From: a virus
Lineage: Duplodnaviria > Caudoviricetes
Direction: 5' to 3' (one strand)
Virus record (IMG/VR): IMGVR_UViG_3300011989_000257
Coordinates: 160,001 to 224,000 of that record
DNA length: 64,000 nt
The notes below the pieces were generated by a model. The model did no database searches. It was given only the letters and a program-made list of their open reading frames with translations, and had not been told where the DNA came from. Shown here one piece after another: positions 53,918-64,000 of this stretch; within the stretch, counting starts at the first letter, position 1; the number at the start of each line of letters is the position of its first letter. A program made the translations under genes and the position numbers.

Positions 53918-55243
53918 AATGCTATTCCATCTTTTTTTAATTCCCCTTTCTTCCTATTGTATGAGAAACCATTCATCCTAAGCAAAGTCATGAACTTGTT
54001 ATATTCTTCCAATGTTGGGATTTCAAATGTGTCCTCTCTTGTCCTACGAATTGGACCATCAAGGCTAATGGTGCTCTTTTGTCGATACCTTATATAAAGT
54101 TGACTAAATGGTATTTCACTATCCCTTATGATTTTTCCATCATCGTTTGACTTTCCATGATAAAGGCAGCATCCAAGGTCATAACATGTGGTGTGTTCAT
54201 CAAATGGCTTCAATTTATCCATTACAATGTAACGACTTTCCCCTTCACAACTTGGGGTTATAACCATTCTTATTTTATAGTCTTCCTCTGGAATCTGCAT
54301 TTCTTTTTGTTATATATAAGGCAATTATCTCTCAAAGATTTTCCAAGCGCTAGATACATGCTAACTGATGGCAATTCAAATACATCGTCTTTATGGACAC
54401 CAAAGGTGTTTGCCATTCCATTATTAAACGCACTAGTTTTATTAAACGACAAGGTAGGTCTGCCAATATATTGCCCTTTACTATTTTTCACCGTTGCTAC
54501 ACAATAATAATGATGCAATTTGGTTGCGTCGAAACTGATATTATCAAAATCATCTATTCCAATAAATTGTGTATGCGCTTCTTGTACAGTGTCATGTATT
54601 GTTCTGATTTTGAAACTCATTTGAATAGTTTAATTCTTTCCTTGTTATGTATTTTATGTAGGTTTCCTAAAATTGCCATTAATTCCTTGAAGTCCTCAAT
54701 CTTTTTTTCATTAACAACTATCTCTGATACCATTTTCGTCATACCAAATGTTTCAGGGTTAACCTTAATCACCTCAACATCAATCTTAACAGCGTAATAT
54801 GGTACGCTAAGGTATGAATAAGTTAATCTACTGCCATTACGTTTAACTGTATGTGCAAAGAACTTATTTTTCTCTAGTATATTTCTAATTTTATCGTAAT
54901 TCATAATGCAAATATACGAAAAAAAATTGAGATAGCCAAATAAAATCAACTATTTTGTTTCAGTTTCAGTTTCTCCCTTCTGTATCATTAAAGTCAATTT
55001 AAGATTTGTGTCAAAACCTTTGGTATAATTGCCACTGCTTCTATAATAAGCTGACATTATTTGACTTAGAATAGATGTGAGACTGCTAGCCTTCCCTTTA
55101 ATTACCATTTTGCATAATACATCCCCTTCAGTATCTTCAAGTTCCTTCTTTGACATGTTTGTGAGGACATTATGAGCAAGTTCTTCTAACTTGGTTTTAT
55201 CCACGCTAGAAGAACTCATTTCCTTGTTGTTATTTTCTGCCAT
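53914..55243 (-). CDS. Four hypothetical proteins (54950-55243, 54617-54904, 54270-54620, 53914-54300)
   Basis: Packed ORFs; starts corrected. Confidence 0.7.
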
Positions 55244-55754
55244 TGATTTTACCAATTAGTACTTCCTTAATTATTTCACCGTTTACAGTTGGATATACTG
55301 AATTAATCATAGGTTTTATTTTTCCCATATCCTTCATTGAGAGAACATAATCTTCTTTTTGTTCAGAAAGATATTCATCAATCTTGTTAACAATGAACTC
55401 CTTTAATTCTTCGCCACTAGGTACACTTGGAAGAAACTCTTGCAAGATAAAAAGCTCTTGTTGTTCAGCCTCAGCCAATTCAGGTCTTCCATTATCTCCA
55501 TAGTCCTTGATGTTTTTCTTACGTTTTTCTGCCATACCGTTCAAGAACAATATTTCTTCCTCCTCTTTCATTTGATATTCAGAACGCTCATAAACTTTTT
55601 GGTTTTCCTTTATGAGTTCCGACTTGATGAGTTTAAGACTATTCAATCTAGCAGTTAGCCCATCTATAGTGCTTTGCATTTGTTTGTTAGCAACAGCAGT
55701 GGCTTTTGCCTTCATCGTCTCTTTTAATTTACTTTCAATTTCTGTTAGTTTCAT
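55230..55754 (-). CDS. GatB/YqeY domain protein
   Basis: LKETMKAK...RKKNIKDY...GRPELAEAEQQELFILQEFLP...MKDMGKI. Confidence 0.85.
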   Translation of the reverse strand: MKLTEIESKLKETMKAKATAVANKQMQSTIDGLTARLNSLKLIKSELIKENQKVYERSEYQMKEEEEILFLNGMAEKRKKNIKDYGDNGRPELAEAEQQELFILQEFLPSVPSGEELKEFIVNKIDEYLSEQKEDYVLSMKDMGKIKPMINSVYPTVNGEIIKEVLIGKINGRK

Positions 55755-55774
55755 TTTTTTAGTTGTTTTTGTTT

Positions 55775-56626
55775 TTAACCTAAAACATCTTTAAATGGTT
55801 GGAAATTTCCTTGTGGGTTATGACTACCATTTGTTGATGCAAGGTTTATTATTGCAAAATGTATTACTTTGAATGCACCTTTATAGTTCTTACTTTCGAT
55901 TACCTCTTTGAATAGTTTAGCCATTTCAGTTGGAGGTGTCTTATATGCTCCACAACCAAATGCGCTTAGAATAAGCGAATCATGACCGTTCTCAAGGGCA
56001 ATATCTAGGATTTGTCTTATCTTGCACTTTGTTGTATCTATTACCCAAGGCTGTAATTTTCCATTCTGAAGCGTTGGTTTCTTCACTGCTGATACAGATA
56101 CCACACCAATCTCAAAAGGCTCTTCTAGAGGCGTATAATTAGTGTCATCACTTCCTTTGAATACCACTACATGAGGAGTATAGATACCACCGAAATTATA
56201 GTCAAGTGGATAACGTTCATCTTTCTGCCCTATGCCATAATTTTCACCAATTGAGTGAAATTGATAGAGTGATTTGAATATATTTGTACGTCTGAAAATG
56301 TTTTCCTCTTGTGCAGATGAGCCTTCTACAACTCCGCCACCAGGTTTATGGAATGATGCCATATTCAAAACGCAAGGATTCAGGCCTTTATCAATCAAAT
56401 CTTTGGCTGCGTAAATCGTATCGCTGTCGATAACCTTGACTTCTGTCTCATACCTTGGGATTGTATCATAATCCACGATAGCTTTTTTGCCATAGAACTT
56501 AGTGCCATCAATCATTGCTTTTGCGCTTGGAAGAATCACTTCCTTTCCCTTTGGGGACATATATCTGCCTTTGTTGACTATAGCCATAGTATTGGCATAT
56601 ACTGCAATTCTCTCTTCTTTATTCAT
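55775..56626 (-). CDS. TIGR02452 family PARG-type macrodomain (ADP-ribosyl hydrolase)
   Basis: VLNMAS..KPGGG...GSSAQEE.I.RRT and LILSAFGCGAY motifs. Confidence 0.9.
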   Translation of the reverse strand: MNKEERIAVYANTMAIVNKGRYMSPKGKEVILPSAKAMIDGTKFYGKKAIVDYDTIPRYETEVKVIDSDTIYAAKDLIDKGLNPCVLNMASFHKPGGGVVEGSSAQEENIFRRTNIFKSLYQFHSIGENYGIGQKDERYPLDYNFGGIYTPHVVVFKGSDDTNYTPLEEPFEIGVVSVSAVKKPTLQNGKLQPWVIDTTKCKIRQILDIALENGHDSLILSAFGCGAYKTPPTEMAKLFKEVIESKNYKGAFKVIHFAIINLASTNGSHNPQGNFQPFKDVLG

Positions 56627-56636
56627 GATTTATAGT

Positions 56637-58244
56637 TTATTTCTGATAGTTGACATATTTAATTTTTTGAATTGGAGCATTTGTTTGTATCACGTATTCT
56701 CCAAAATGTTTTTTGACGTAGTTAGTACCTTTGTGAGAGCCAATTACTATTGGTCTATTATGCGTAACGGTATAATCTACAAATGTGCTTGGCGTGTAGT
56801 ATACACGATATGTCAATTCATAATTTCCATGAGGATAATTCTTTTCATCTTGATATTCAAGCATTTTAATAACACCAAATATCACTAAGCAAGAAAATCC
56901 AATGATTGATAAAATTTGAAAGCCAGTAGTGGAAGTGATATTGCCCACCCACTTGTTAACTTTCTTGAAAAAAGATTCTTCAGAATTGTTCATAATGTTT
57001 GTATTCATAATATCTATCCTAAATTGTTTTCAATCCTATATTCGTAATCTAGTATCATGCTATCATTCTGGGCAAGTTGCCTATCTATCTCAGCCACTTC
57101 TTTGGTAGTTGAGCATTTTGTTCTTTTCTCCTTGAGAATGCCGCTATTGTATTTCAGTTTAGCGATAGCTTCTCTCAATACACTTTCTTTTGCCATGCTA
57201 CATATTTTTTAAATTTTCATTCATTGTCCTCACCCTATCATTGACACTAGCAATATTTCTTTCAATCAATGGTATTCTTTCATCAATTGCTTGTTTGAGT
57301 CTAACATTCAATTCTTGAAGTTTGGCATTTTCATTAAACAATTGGGTATTATCTTCCAATAGTTTTTTCACATCTATATTGTCGTACCCTCGTTCCTTAT
57401 TGCTTTTAATCTGTGAATCCCAAGCCTCAACAGCGTTAAGTTCTTGCTTGAGGATATATCCAACCTCAAGAATAAGTCTTTTTTCTTCAGAGCTAGCACG
57501 AACATTGAGTTCTGCCAAAATATCAATGCATCTTCTTAAATCCTTAGCACTAATCATTTCTATATATTCCCATTAGGGTTAAACGTTCTTTTTCTTTTTC
57601 GAAATAGGCTATTTGTTCATCAGTGACTCCTTTAATCCATTCTGTACAATATTCGCCATATTTATTTCTAACATATGGGTCACTCATAAACCGCCAAATA
57701 AGATACTTTTCCATACGTATTAATCTCCATATTCATCCCAATATCTTTGATAATTTGAAGTATAAGTTTCCTTTTTATTCTTCTCGATACAGAATTTTTT
57801 CAAAATGTCTTTGAAGTCTTGAGTTATTGGTTTGATAATTTGACCATGATATGAGTTATCAGGAACTATTATCTTTTTTATGATTTCTCCAGTACTAGTG
57901 TCAATCATTGAAAGATTTTCTTCATCCCATAAATAGCCGTATTCAGCTAACACTTTCTTGGCTTCGGCTTTTTCAATATCTGAACATAATGAAATCCAAA
58001 AGTCCTCTTTTTCAGTGTCAATGGTGTCTTCGCAACGTCTTTTGCTGTCTGATACATCTAGATGTGGAACATGGTCATAGCCCATTGGTGTTTGCATAAA
58101 CTTCTCTGGGTCATACGAAGCAATCAATGACATTTTTTTGAGAGTACTATCAGATATATTAATCCCCTCATATATCATGAAACTTCCTTTTTTATTGTTC
58201 CTTTTAATAAAATCACCTTGTTTAAAAATCTTCTTTTCTTCCAT
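56637..58244 (-). CDS. Hypothetical proteins (57720-58244, 57198-57557, 57014-57196, 56637-57008 membrane-anchored)
   Basis: Packed ORFs. Confidence 0.7.
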
Positions 58245-58248
58245 TTTA

Positions 58249-58872
58249 TCATTTATACAGTTGATTATCTGTTATTATTTTGTAAACTCCTTCTGTAACA
58301 TATGGATAAGGATTCATACCTTTTGATACCATATACCTAACCATAGTTGAAGAAACGTCTAGTCTTTGTATCTCAAGTAGCCTCACTTTCATATGTGTGC
58401 TAATTCCTTCATAACCTACCCTAAACGGAATCGGTATTCCAACTAAGTTACTATGTTGGTTTCCCTCATCCCATCTTGTAACCTCAATAAACCCAATTTT
58501 ATCCTTGATATGGGTTTCAAAGTTTTTCCACTTGGGAATACGTTTAATGGTATCTGTTCCAGCAATTAAGATGATTTCATCATTTGGATATTCTTTAATT
58601 GCCTTAGTGATAGGGATATATGAATAAACTGGAGGCTCATATTTCTCTTCAAACCTACATACCTCAAAAGCATTACCCAATGGCTTAATGGCTTCCTCAA
58701 TCATTTGGCATCTTAAATCAAATGGCGCTGGTTCTTCTTTCTTCCAAGGGTTATGTTTTGCGACAACGAATAGAACCTTGTCACAAAGTCCGCTTGATAC
58801 AACACTTGATGCCATTGCAACATGGGCGATTGTGATTGGGTTAAAAGAACCTAGTAGTAATCCTATCTTCAT
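58249..58872 (-). CDS. nadD: Nicotinate/nicotinamide mononucleotide adenylyltransferase
   Basis: GSFNPITIAH (HxGH-like), NPWK, GTD...WKN, VSSTMVR. Confidence 0.88.
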   Translation of the reverse strand: MKIGLLLGSFNPITIAHVAMASSVVSSGLCDKVLFVVAKHNPWKKEEPAPFDLRCQMIEEAIKPLGNAFEVCRFEEKYEPPVYSYIPITKAIKEYPNDEIILIAGTDTIKRIPKWKNFETHIKDKIGFIEVTRWDEGNQHSNLVGIPIPFRVGYEGISTHMKVRLLEIQRLDVSSTMVRYMVSKGMNPYPYVTEGVYKIITDNQLYK

Positions 58873-58924
58873 GTTTTTCTTTTTTATGCAAATATATGAA
58901 AAAAAATTGGAATAGCCAAATAAT

Positions 58925-61900
58925 TTAAATAATTTTTTGATTTTTTACAATGAATTTATAATATTCATTATTTAGCTTGCTCCAAAAATCATGGCCTTCT
59001 GTGGTTTCTGCCCAACAAAAACCACTACCAATTGTTGTTTTTGACAAAAATTCTAATAATTCTTCTCCTCCATTCGGACAATTGTCTCCTCTTCGTCTCA
59101 CCCTATTTTCGACAAATTGTTTTAAGCAGCGTTTTTGTTTTAAAAATTTATATAATAATCTGCCATGATATAGATTAATCTCTCTGTCGGTTAGTAAAGC
59201 CATAAAACCATTGTTTAAACCTCTTGTAATAATTTTGGGCTAGTACGCATACTAGCCCAACATAACAATTAATCCTTGCAAATTTCGGCAAGTTTATCAT
59301 CATATTCTTTTAGAATAAGAGGATAATATGCATCATAGTAATACTGAATATCATCCAAATCGTAGTCCTTAAGCATTTGGCGGTAGATACATTTGGCTTC
59401 GACATTCATTACCTTTTGCACATGCACCTCTGGAACTTTTCCATCACACCAATCTTCTGCTTTCTTTTGAAATTGGCTGACATATCCTAAATACTCAGCA
59501 AAGATTATAAACAAAGGGGCTTGAATAGTCGCAACTACATGCTCCACATTATCAGAAAACTTTTCAAGGTCTTTTACATTCCCTTCCCACTTCTCTGTAG
59601 AAGTTCCTACTTTTGTTTCGCTATTATTCATTTTTTATGTAATTAATTAATTTTCACCAACAACTCACATCAGTTATATCTTTCTCCTCACCGCAGCATG
59701 GGCATTTAATAGTCACAGCGTCACCAATCCCAGTTGGAGTGAAGATGTATTTAAAAGGTATATAATGCTTCGGATTGCATTTCTTATGTTTTTTAATGAA
59801 GGCATCTGCATCCTTTTTTTCTTTTTCAGTTAGTGTATAGTTTGCCATTAGTAATAAATTTCTGGATGCGAAGACACGGTGGTCTTCTTATTCTCTATTA
59901 CATGTTGTTCATTTGTTACAGCATTACTTAGAAAAATTGTAGATGCTGTGATGAATTCGTTCTTTTTCTGTTCCATCTTTTTCTATAGATATTTTAAAAT
60001 TTCTTTTACATTTTTTAACTATGGCTTTATAAGCAGGATTTTCCCATTTCTTGCGTGGAGTGAAACTATCTCTGCCAAAATAATCATAGGTGCTTGTATC
60101 ATTGCTACCTCTTCTAGCATCGCTTGGACTATCCCAAGTTATAACATTTTTGTTGGTTGTTGGGTATGTCTTAGTATTGCGATGCCTTCTATTTCTATAG
60201 GTTGAATTGTCGTAATAATCTGGGAAGAAAGCATTAAATTCATCTGGGTCAATGCCCATCCCCTCTAAATACTTTCTGTCATTCTCATCAAAGAATTTGA
60301 ATATGCCCCAAATTAAAATTCCAATTGGTAAAATAATGTATCCCCACTGCTCATTCACCACCATATCAATCATGGCGAAGAAAGCAACAGTCATAATACA
60401 AACAATAAAGTTATTATATAGCATATTTTCTTTTTTTAGTGCAAAGATATTAATTTTTTCTCTAAAAACTAAATTTTACACTTTAAAAATTGTTAATATT
60501 TTCTTTTATTAACAATAAACCTTGATAGAATACTAGTTTTATGCATTTTCTTCTCCGCATTGTCAGTTGTACTATCAGTCCTCTTAAAACGGATGTAATC
60601 ACCTTCAAGCCCTAGAATCATAATATCCATCCTTTCCAATGAAATGATTGGTGGGACATGATATATACCGTTAACTTTAAGATTACTTGGATGAATATGA
60701 GCCTTTATTTTCTTAAGCTCATCCTTATTGTCTTGAATTGTACGTTCTTTTGCCATATTATTACGATTTTAAAATTTATGATATTCTGTTATAAACACTG
60801 CGTCAAGGTCTGATGGGTATATGTTACAAGTATATGAATATTCATTACCAGTATTTTCATTAATCTCGTGACAAACACATACGGAACTTGTTTTACTAGT
60901 TACTTTTACAATCTTCCTAGGTTGATTCATTATTCTTGGGACTACATATAATTTTTTCTCCTCTATTTCATCCCATTCGATATGTTTGGGGAGTTCTTTA
61001 AGAAGTTCCCTTTTTTCACTATAAGTAAGCATATTTGCTGGTTTCTTTTTCAACTCTTCTATATTTGCACTTGGGATAGAAGTGATACTTTGACTAGGAC
61101 TTGGTAATTCCATGTGTTTATTATTTGGATTCAAGGGACACCAACTAGGACATACAATGTCTTGTTTTGGAGATAGATTATAATCAATCCTTCTAGCTCT
61201 AGAAACTCCAAAAGCATTATATGTCATCGCTTTACAAGCCGCATCAAATCTTCCTTCTGTACGAAGTTCAAACGATTTCTCTAGATTTATGCACAAATTA
61301 CATAATTTTGTACTCATTGCCTTAATTTTTTTATTTGGTTGCACCCTATCAGCAAATAAATCTTCATCAAAGATGCATGTTTCACAATCTTTACAATCCT
61401 TTCCAATGCAAGGATGTCCTGTTTGAAGTTCAGTCATAATATCCGTTCCACCCATAATCCCAACTCTTCCCCAGCCACTTCTAATAGTTTTTTGGCTTCT
61501 TTTTTGATGGTATCATCTGAAAAATATCCACCATCATCATCATAGTCCCATTTATTCAACACCTCTAGGACTGCATTCTCAAACTTAGTCAATGTAGTTC
61601 TCATATCTATTATTTTTCCAAGTAGTTTTCTCACCAAGGTAAGTCATCGACATCTTCCCAATCGTAATCATCTTGTTTGAATATTGGAGGAGTTAAATTT
61701 TGTTCGTTGTTTTGCCGTTCTCTCAAGTAATTATCAATCCATTCTTGAAATGCTCTCTCAGTTGCTTCTCCAAATCCACCTCTTTGGTTATGTCTTCTCC
61801 TATTCATTTGTGGAGGTGGCATCATTCTCCCAAATTTCTCCATCATTTCACGTTGTTTTGGGTCTAATGCCTCCGAAGTTTTATCAACAAAGTCATCACC

Positions 61901-62326
61901 AAATAGATTTTTGCATACTTCAGTGAAAACCCCTTCACCTATTTGTTCTAAAACACCGAATTCATCAACTATAAATGGTTCTATGCATGAGTGTATCAAT
62001 CCATTTACAGTATTCATTAGTTCCATCTGGCATTTACTATTATTTACAATTTGTAATTTACCACCATTTGCTTGCTGCATGGTACTTAGAATCTCTTCTA
62101 ATGACTTAGCTTGCATGTAGTATGGATTCATCATACCAAGTTTACCAATTGAATTCCCATAATTCATTAAAACTCTTGATGCAATAAGGTGAAACAAATC
62201 CTTATGCCTATTTGGAATGTTCACACTGCATCTGAATTTATGATATAGATGATGTAATTTGATGTGTTTCAGAAATACTCTGAATATTAGTAATTCGACA
62301 TCATAATTTTTTGAGTTTTTTCTCAT
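58925..62326 (-). CDS. Hypothetical proteins (58925, 59269, 59654, 59924, 60493, 60769 Cys-rich, 61434, 61631)
   Basis: Packed ORFs. Confidence 0.7.
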
Positions 62327-62536
62327 CTTTGCAAATATATTAAATTTTTAGTTGAAAACCAAATTTATATGGTTAATTTATCTTAAAACTAGTTTTATCA
62401 TCAAATTTACTGCAATTTGGGCAGTATAAGAATTCTTTCCAGTTAGTTTTTTCGGATGTCACCATTAGTGTCTTCCAAGGATAAAATTCACATCCACAAT
62501 CCTTGCATCTTAATAAAAATCTTTCGTCAAATTTTG

Positions 62537-63220
62537 TCATATTTCGATATAAGTTGGTTCATATGTCATTTTATAATCTTCGTTAAGTAACGATACATTG
62601 TACAATGCAGTACCTTCATGCATTACCTTACCATGTTCACAAGTATGCAGATGACCTTCTAACCATAAAGTTGGCTTCGCCTCATCAATAAACCACCTAA
62701 GTGCAGTGTTACCTATATGGTTTCCGTCAGCCCACCAACAATCTTTTTGCAAGATTATGTCGTTAATTCCATACGGACAATCGTGAGACATTATTATATT
62801 AATCTTCCCAATGGCTTTTAAATGACGTTCATACATTTCCCTTTGCTCATCTAGAGTAAGTGACATAAATGCCCAGTTATAGAACTTCTTGCACAAAGGC
62901 GTGCCATATATGACTTTCCCTTTATATTCGTATGACTCACAATCTAGGTAGATAATTTTATCTTGGTCTTTCAGCATATCCCTTATTATTTCAGGATGCT
63001 TCATCAAGATAAAGTCGTGATTACCGCCAATGAATATCACCTTTTCACAAGGTAAGTTGGTACACCAAGGTATGAAAAATGTCTTAAACCACATTTCACT
63101 CATAGTGTCATTACGCTGTATGTCCAATGGAACAATGTCCCCACATATCAACACAATATCGCACGTCTCTATCTTAAAATCATAGTTTCCGTGCATATCT
63201 GAAATTCCACATATTCTCAT
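62537..63220 (-). CDS. Calcineurin-like metallophosphoesterase
   Basis: SDMHG, GDI, GNHD, SH, GHLH motifs. Confidence 0.9.
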   Translation of the reverse strand: MRICGISDMHGNYDFKIETCDIVLICGDIVPLDIQRNDTMSEMWFKTFFIPWCTNLPCEKVIFIGGNHDFILMKHPEIIRDMLKDQDKIIYLDCESYEYKGKVIYGTPLCKKFYNWAFMSLTLDEQREMYERHLKAIGKINIIMSHDCPYGINDIILQKDCWWADGNHIGNTALRWFIDEAKPTLWLEGHLHTCEHGKVMHEGTALYNVSLLNEDYKMTYEPTYIEI

Positions 63221-63926
63221 AATATAATCTCAATTTCTTTGCTAATTAATGATTGCCATTTATGATGTATTTTATCCCACTTTACACAAGATATACTTGC
63301 TACTCTATACCATGCAAAACTTACATCTCGATAATTAAATAAATCAAAAAAACAATCTCTGCTAGATTTTATGCAGCTTATTAGAACCTCGTTACTAGTA
63401 TATTCTTTAGCAGATGGATGCTGATATTTATAGCATTTTACGAATTCCCCAAAAACATTATTCTCCATCAAAAATCTAGCAAGAATAAATTTAGCTTGTT
63501 TTCTAGACAATTGATGCTTATCGCACAAAAAATCATTCACCATAATTAATGTTCAATATATTTTGTGTCATAATATTTGGCTTCCCACTTTTCAGAAATC
63601 CCATGCCAAAAACCTTTCCACTGATACATGAATGAAGATGGAATAAATCTAAAAAAACCTCTTATAGTTCCATCATAGTAACAGTAAGAATTATTGCTGC
63701 ATGTGTTGTTGATATAGATGTCTACACATTTTGATAAATGGGTTTTGAAATCATCGTATTTGCTCAATGAGATTTTATCATAATATGGTTGGTAGTAGCT
63801 TCTTTTGCTTGAAAACTTTGATGCTTTTGATTTTTCAAACCATTCTTTTTGAATTCTATTTTCCATCATGAATTGGATTAGTAGGAAAATAAATTGTTTT
63901 CTGTTGACAGATTTTGGTGCATCCAT
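63217..63926 (-). CDS. Two related hypothetical proteins (63546-63926, 63217-63543)
   Basis: RKQ..F.L..F.MEN...W..I..KW pattern shared. Confidence 0.7.
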
Positions 63927-64000
63927 AACTTTTGTTTTAAATCAGAAAAAACCTAGCACTATTTTCACAAACGGTACTAGGCAATGTTTAACAATCAATA

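Larger units (their letters stand above)
30636..62363 (-). promoter_or_regulatory. Sparser copies of the same promoter
   Basis: Begin at 30636, 38435, 44841, 46699, 49204, 49997, 52274, 52710, 54907, 58887, 60440, 62330. Confidence 0.8.

Noticed and set aside
4343-54949. Long N-terminal extensions in track ORFs (translating as FG..FFSYLC or FRIFA)
   Set aside because: They are translations of the promoter motif; the real starts lie downstream
3425-62120. Most plus-strand ORFs overlapping minus-strand genes
   Set aside because: They are antisense shadow frames without promoters
673-62363. Recurrent 34-bp motif as a CRISPR array or mobile-element end
   Set aside because: Copies are separated by whole genes, are oriented with transcription and match the Bacteroidota promoter consensus; there are no uniform spacers or cas genes
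1475-63980. Repeated hairpins with (G)TGA loops (1475, 16539, 18928, 63952) as a repeat element
   Set aside because: The stems differ and are followed by T tracts; these are ordinary GNRA-capped terminators
1-64000. TAG-to-Gln recoding as in Lak and some crAss-like phages
   Set aside because: Long genes are intact in code 11, and TAG ends genes right before the next start or an intergenic region (e.g. 8778, 15849)
1-64000. Reverse transcriptase, retron or DGR partner for the ncRNAs
   Set aside because: No ORF with RT motifs (YxDD in an RT context) or template/variable repeat pairs is visible in this window

Overview
This window looks like 64 kb of a large AT-rich dsDNA phage (jumbo/megaphage-like) infecting a Bacteroidota host. 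The host call is inferred from about 50 copies of the Bacteroidota primary-sigma promoter (TTTG-N~20-TAnnTTTGCA). It reads in the standard code, with TAG used as a stop. It is an early/accessory region of roughly 150 small, mostly minus-strand genes. Recognisable proteins are an SF1 (UvrD-like) helicase, a NUMOD4/HNH protein, a GP88-family protein, DUF932, YqeY, a TIGR02452 PARG-type macrodomain, NadD and a metallophosphoesterase. I recognised no structural, polymerase, reverse transcriptase or Cas genes. The strongest candidate for an undescribed system is a repertoire of about 15 structured non-coding RNA units in four loci (0.7-1.0, 8.0-8.4, 13.7-14.1 and 19.0-20.3 kb). Each locus lies downstream of a strong promoter, and most units are closed by 5-10 bp terminal stems. 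The repertoire includes one RNA family present in two copies with conserved ends and a variable middle, plus tRNA-like mimics. Other notable structure: terminators fused into the next promoter, a 9-copy GTACTT-N3-TAAGT repeat family confined to the two promoter-driven plus-strand islands, a candidate replication origin near 31 kb with a local skew flip, and gene arrays sharing start-junction sequences. All RNA structures were read by eye and not computed. Several ORF-track starts were corrected because they run through promoters.
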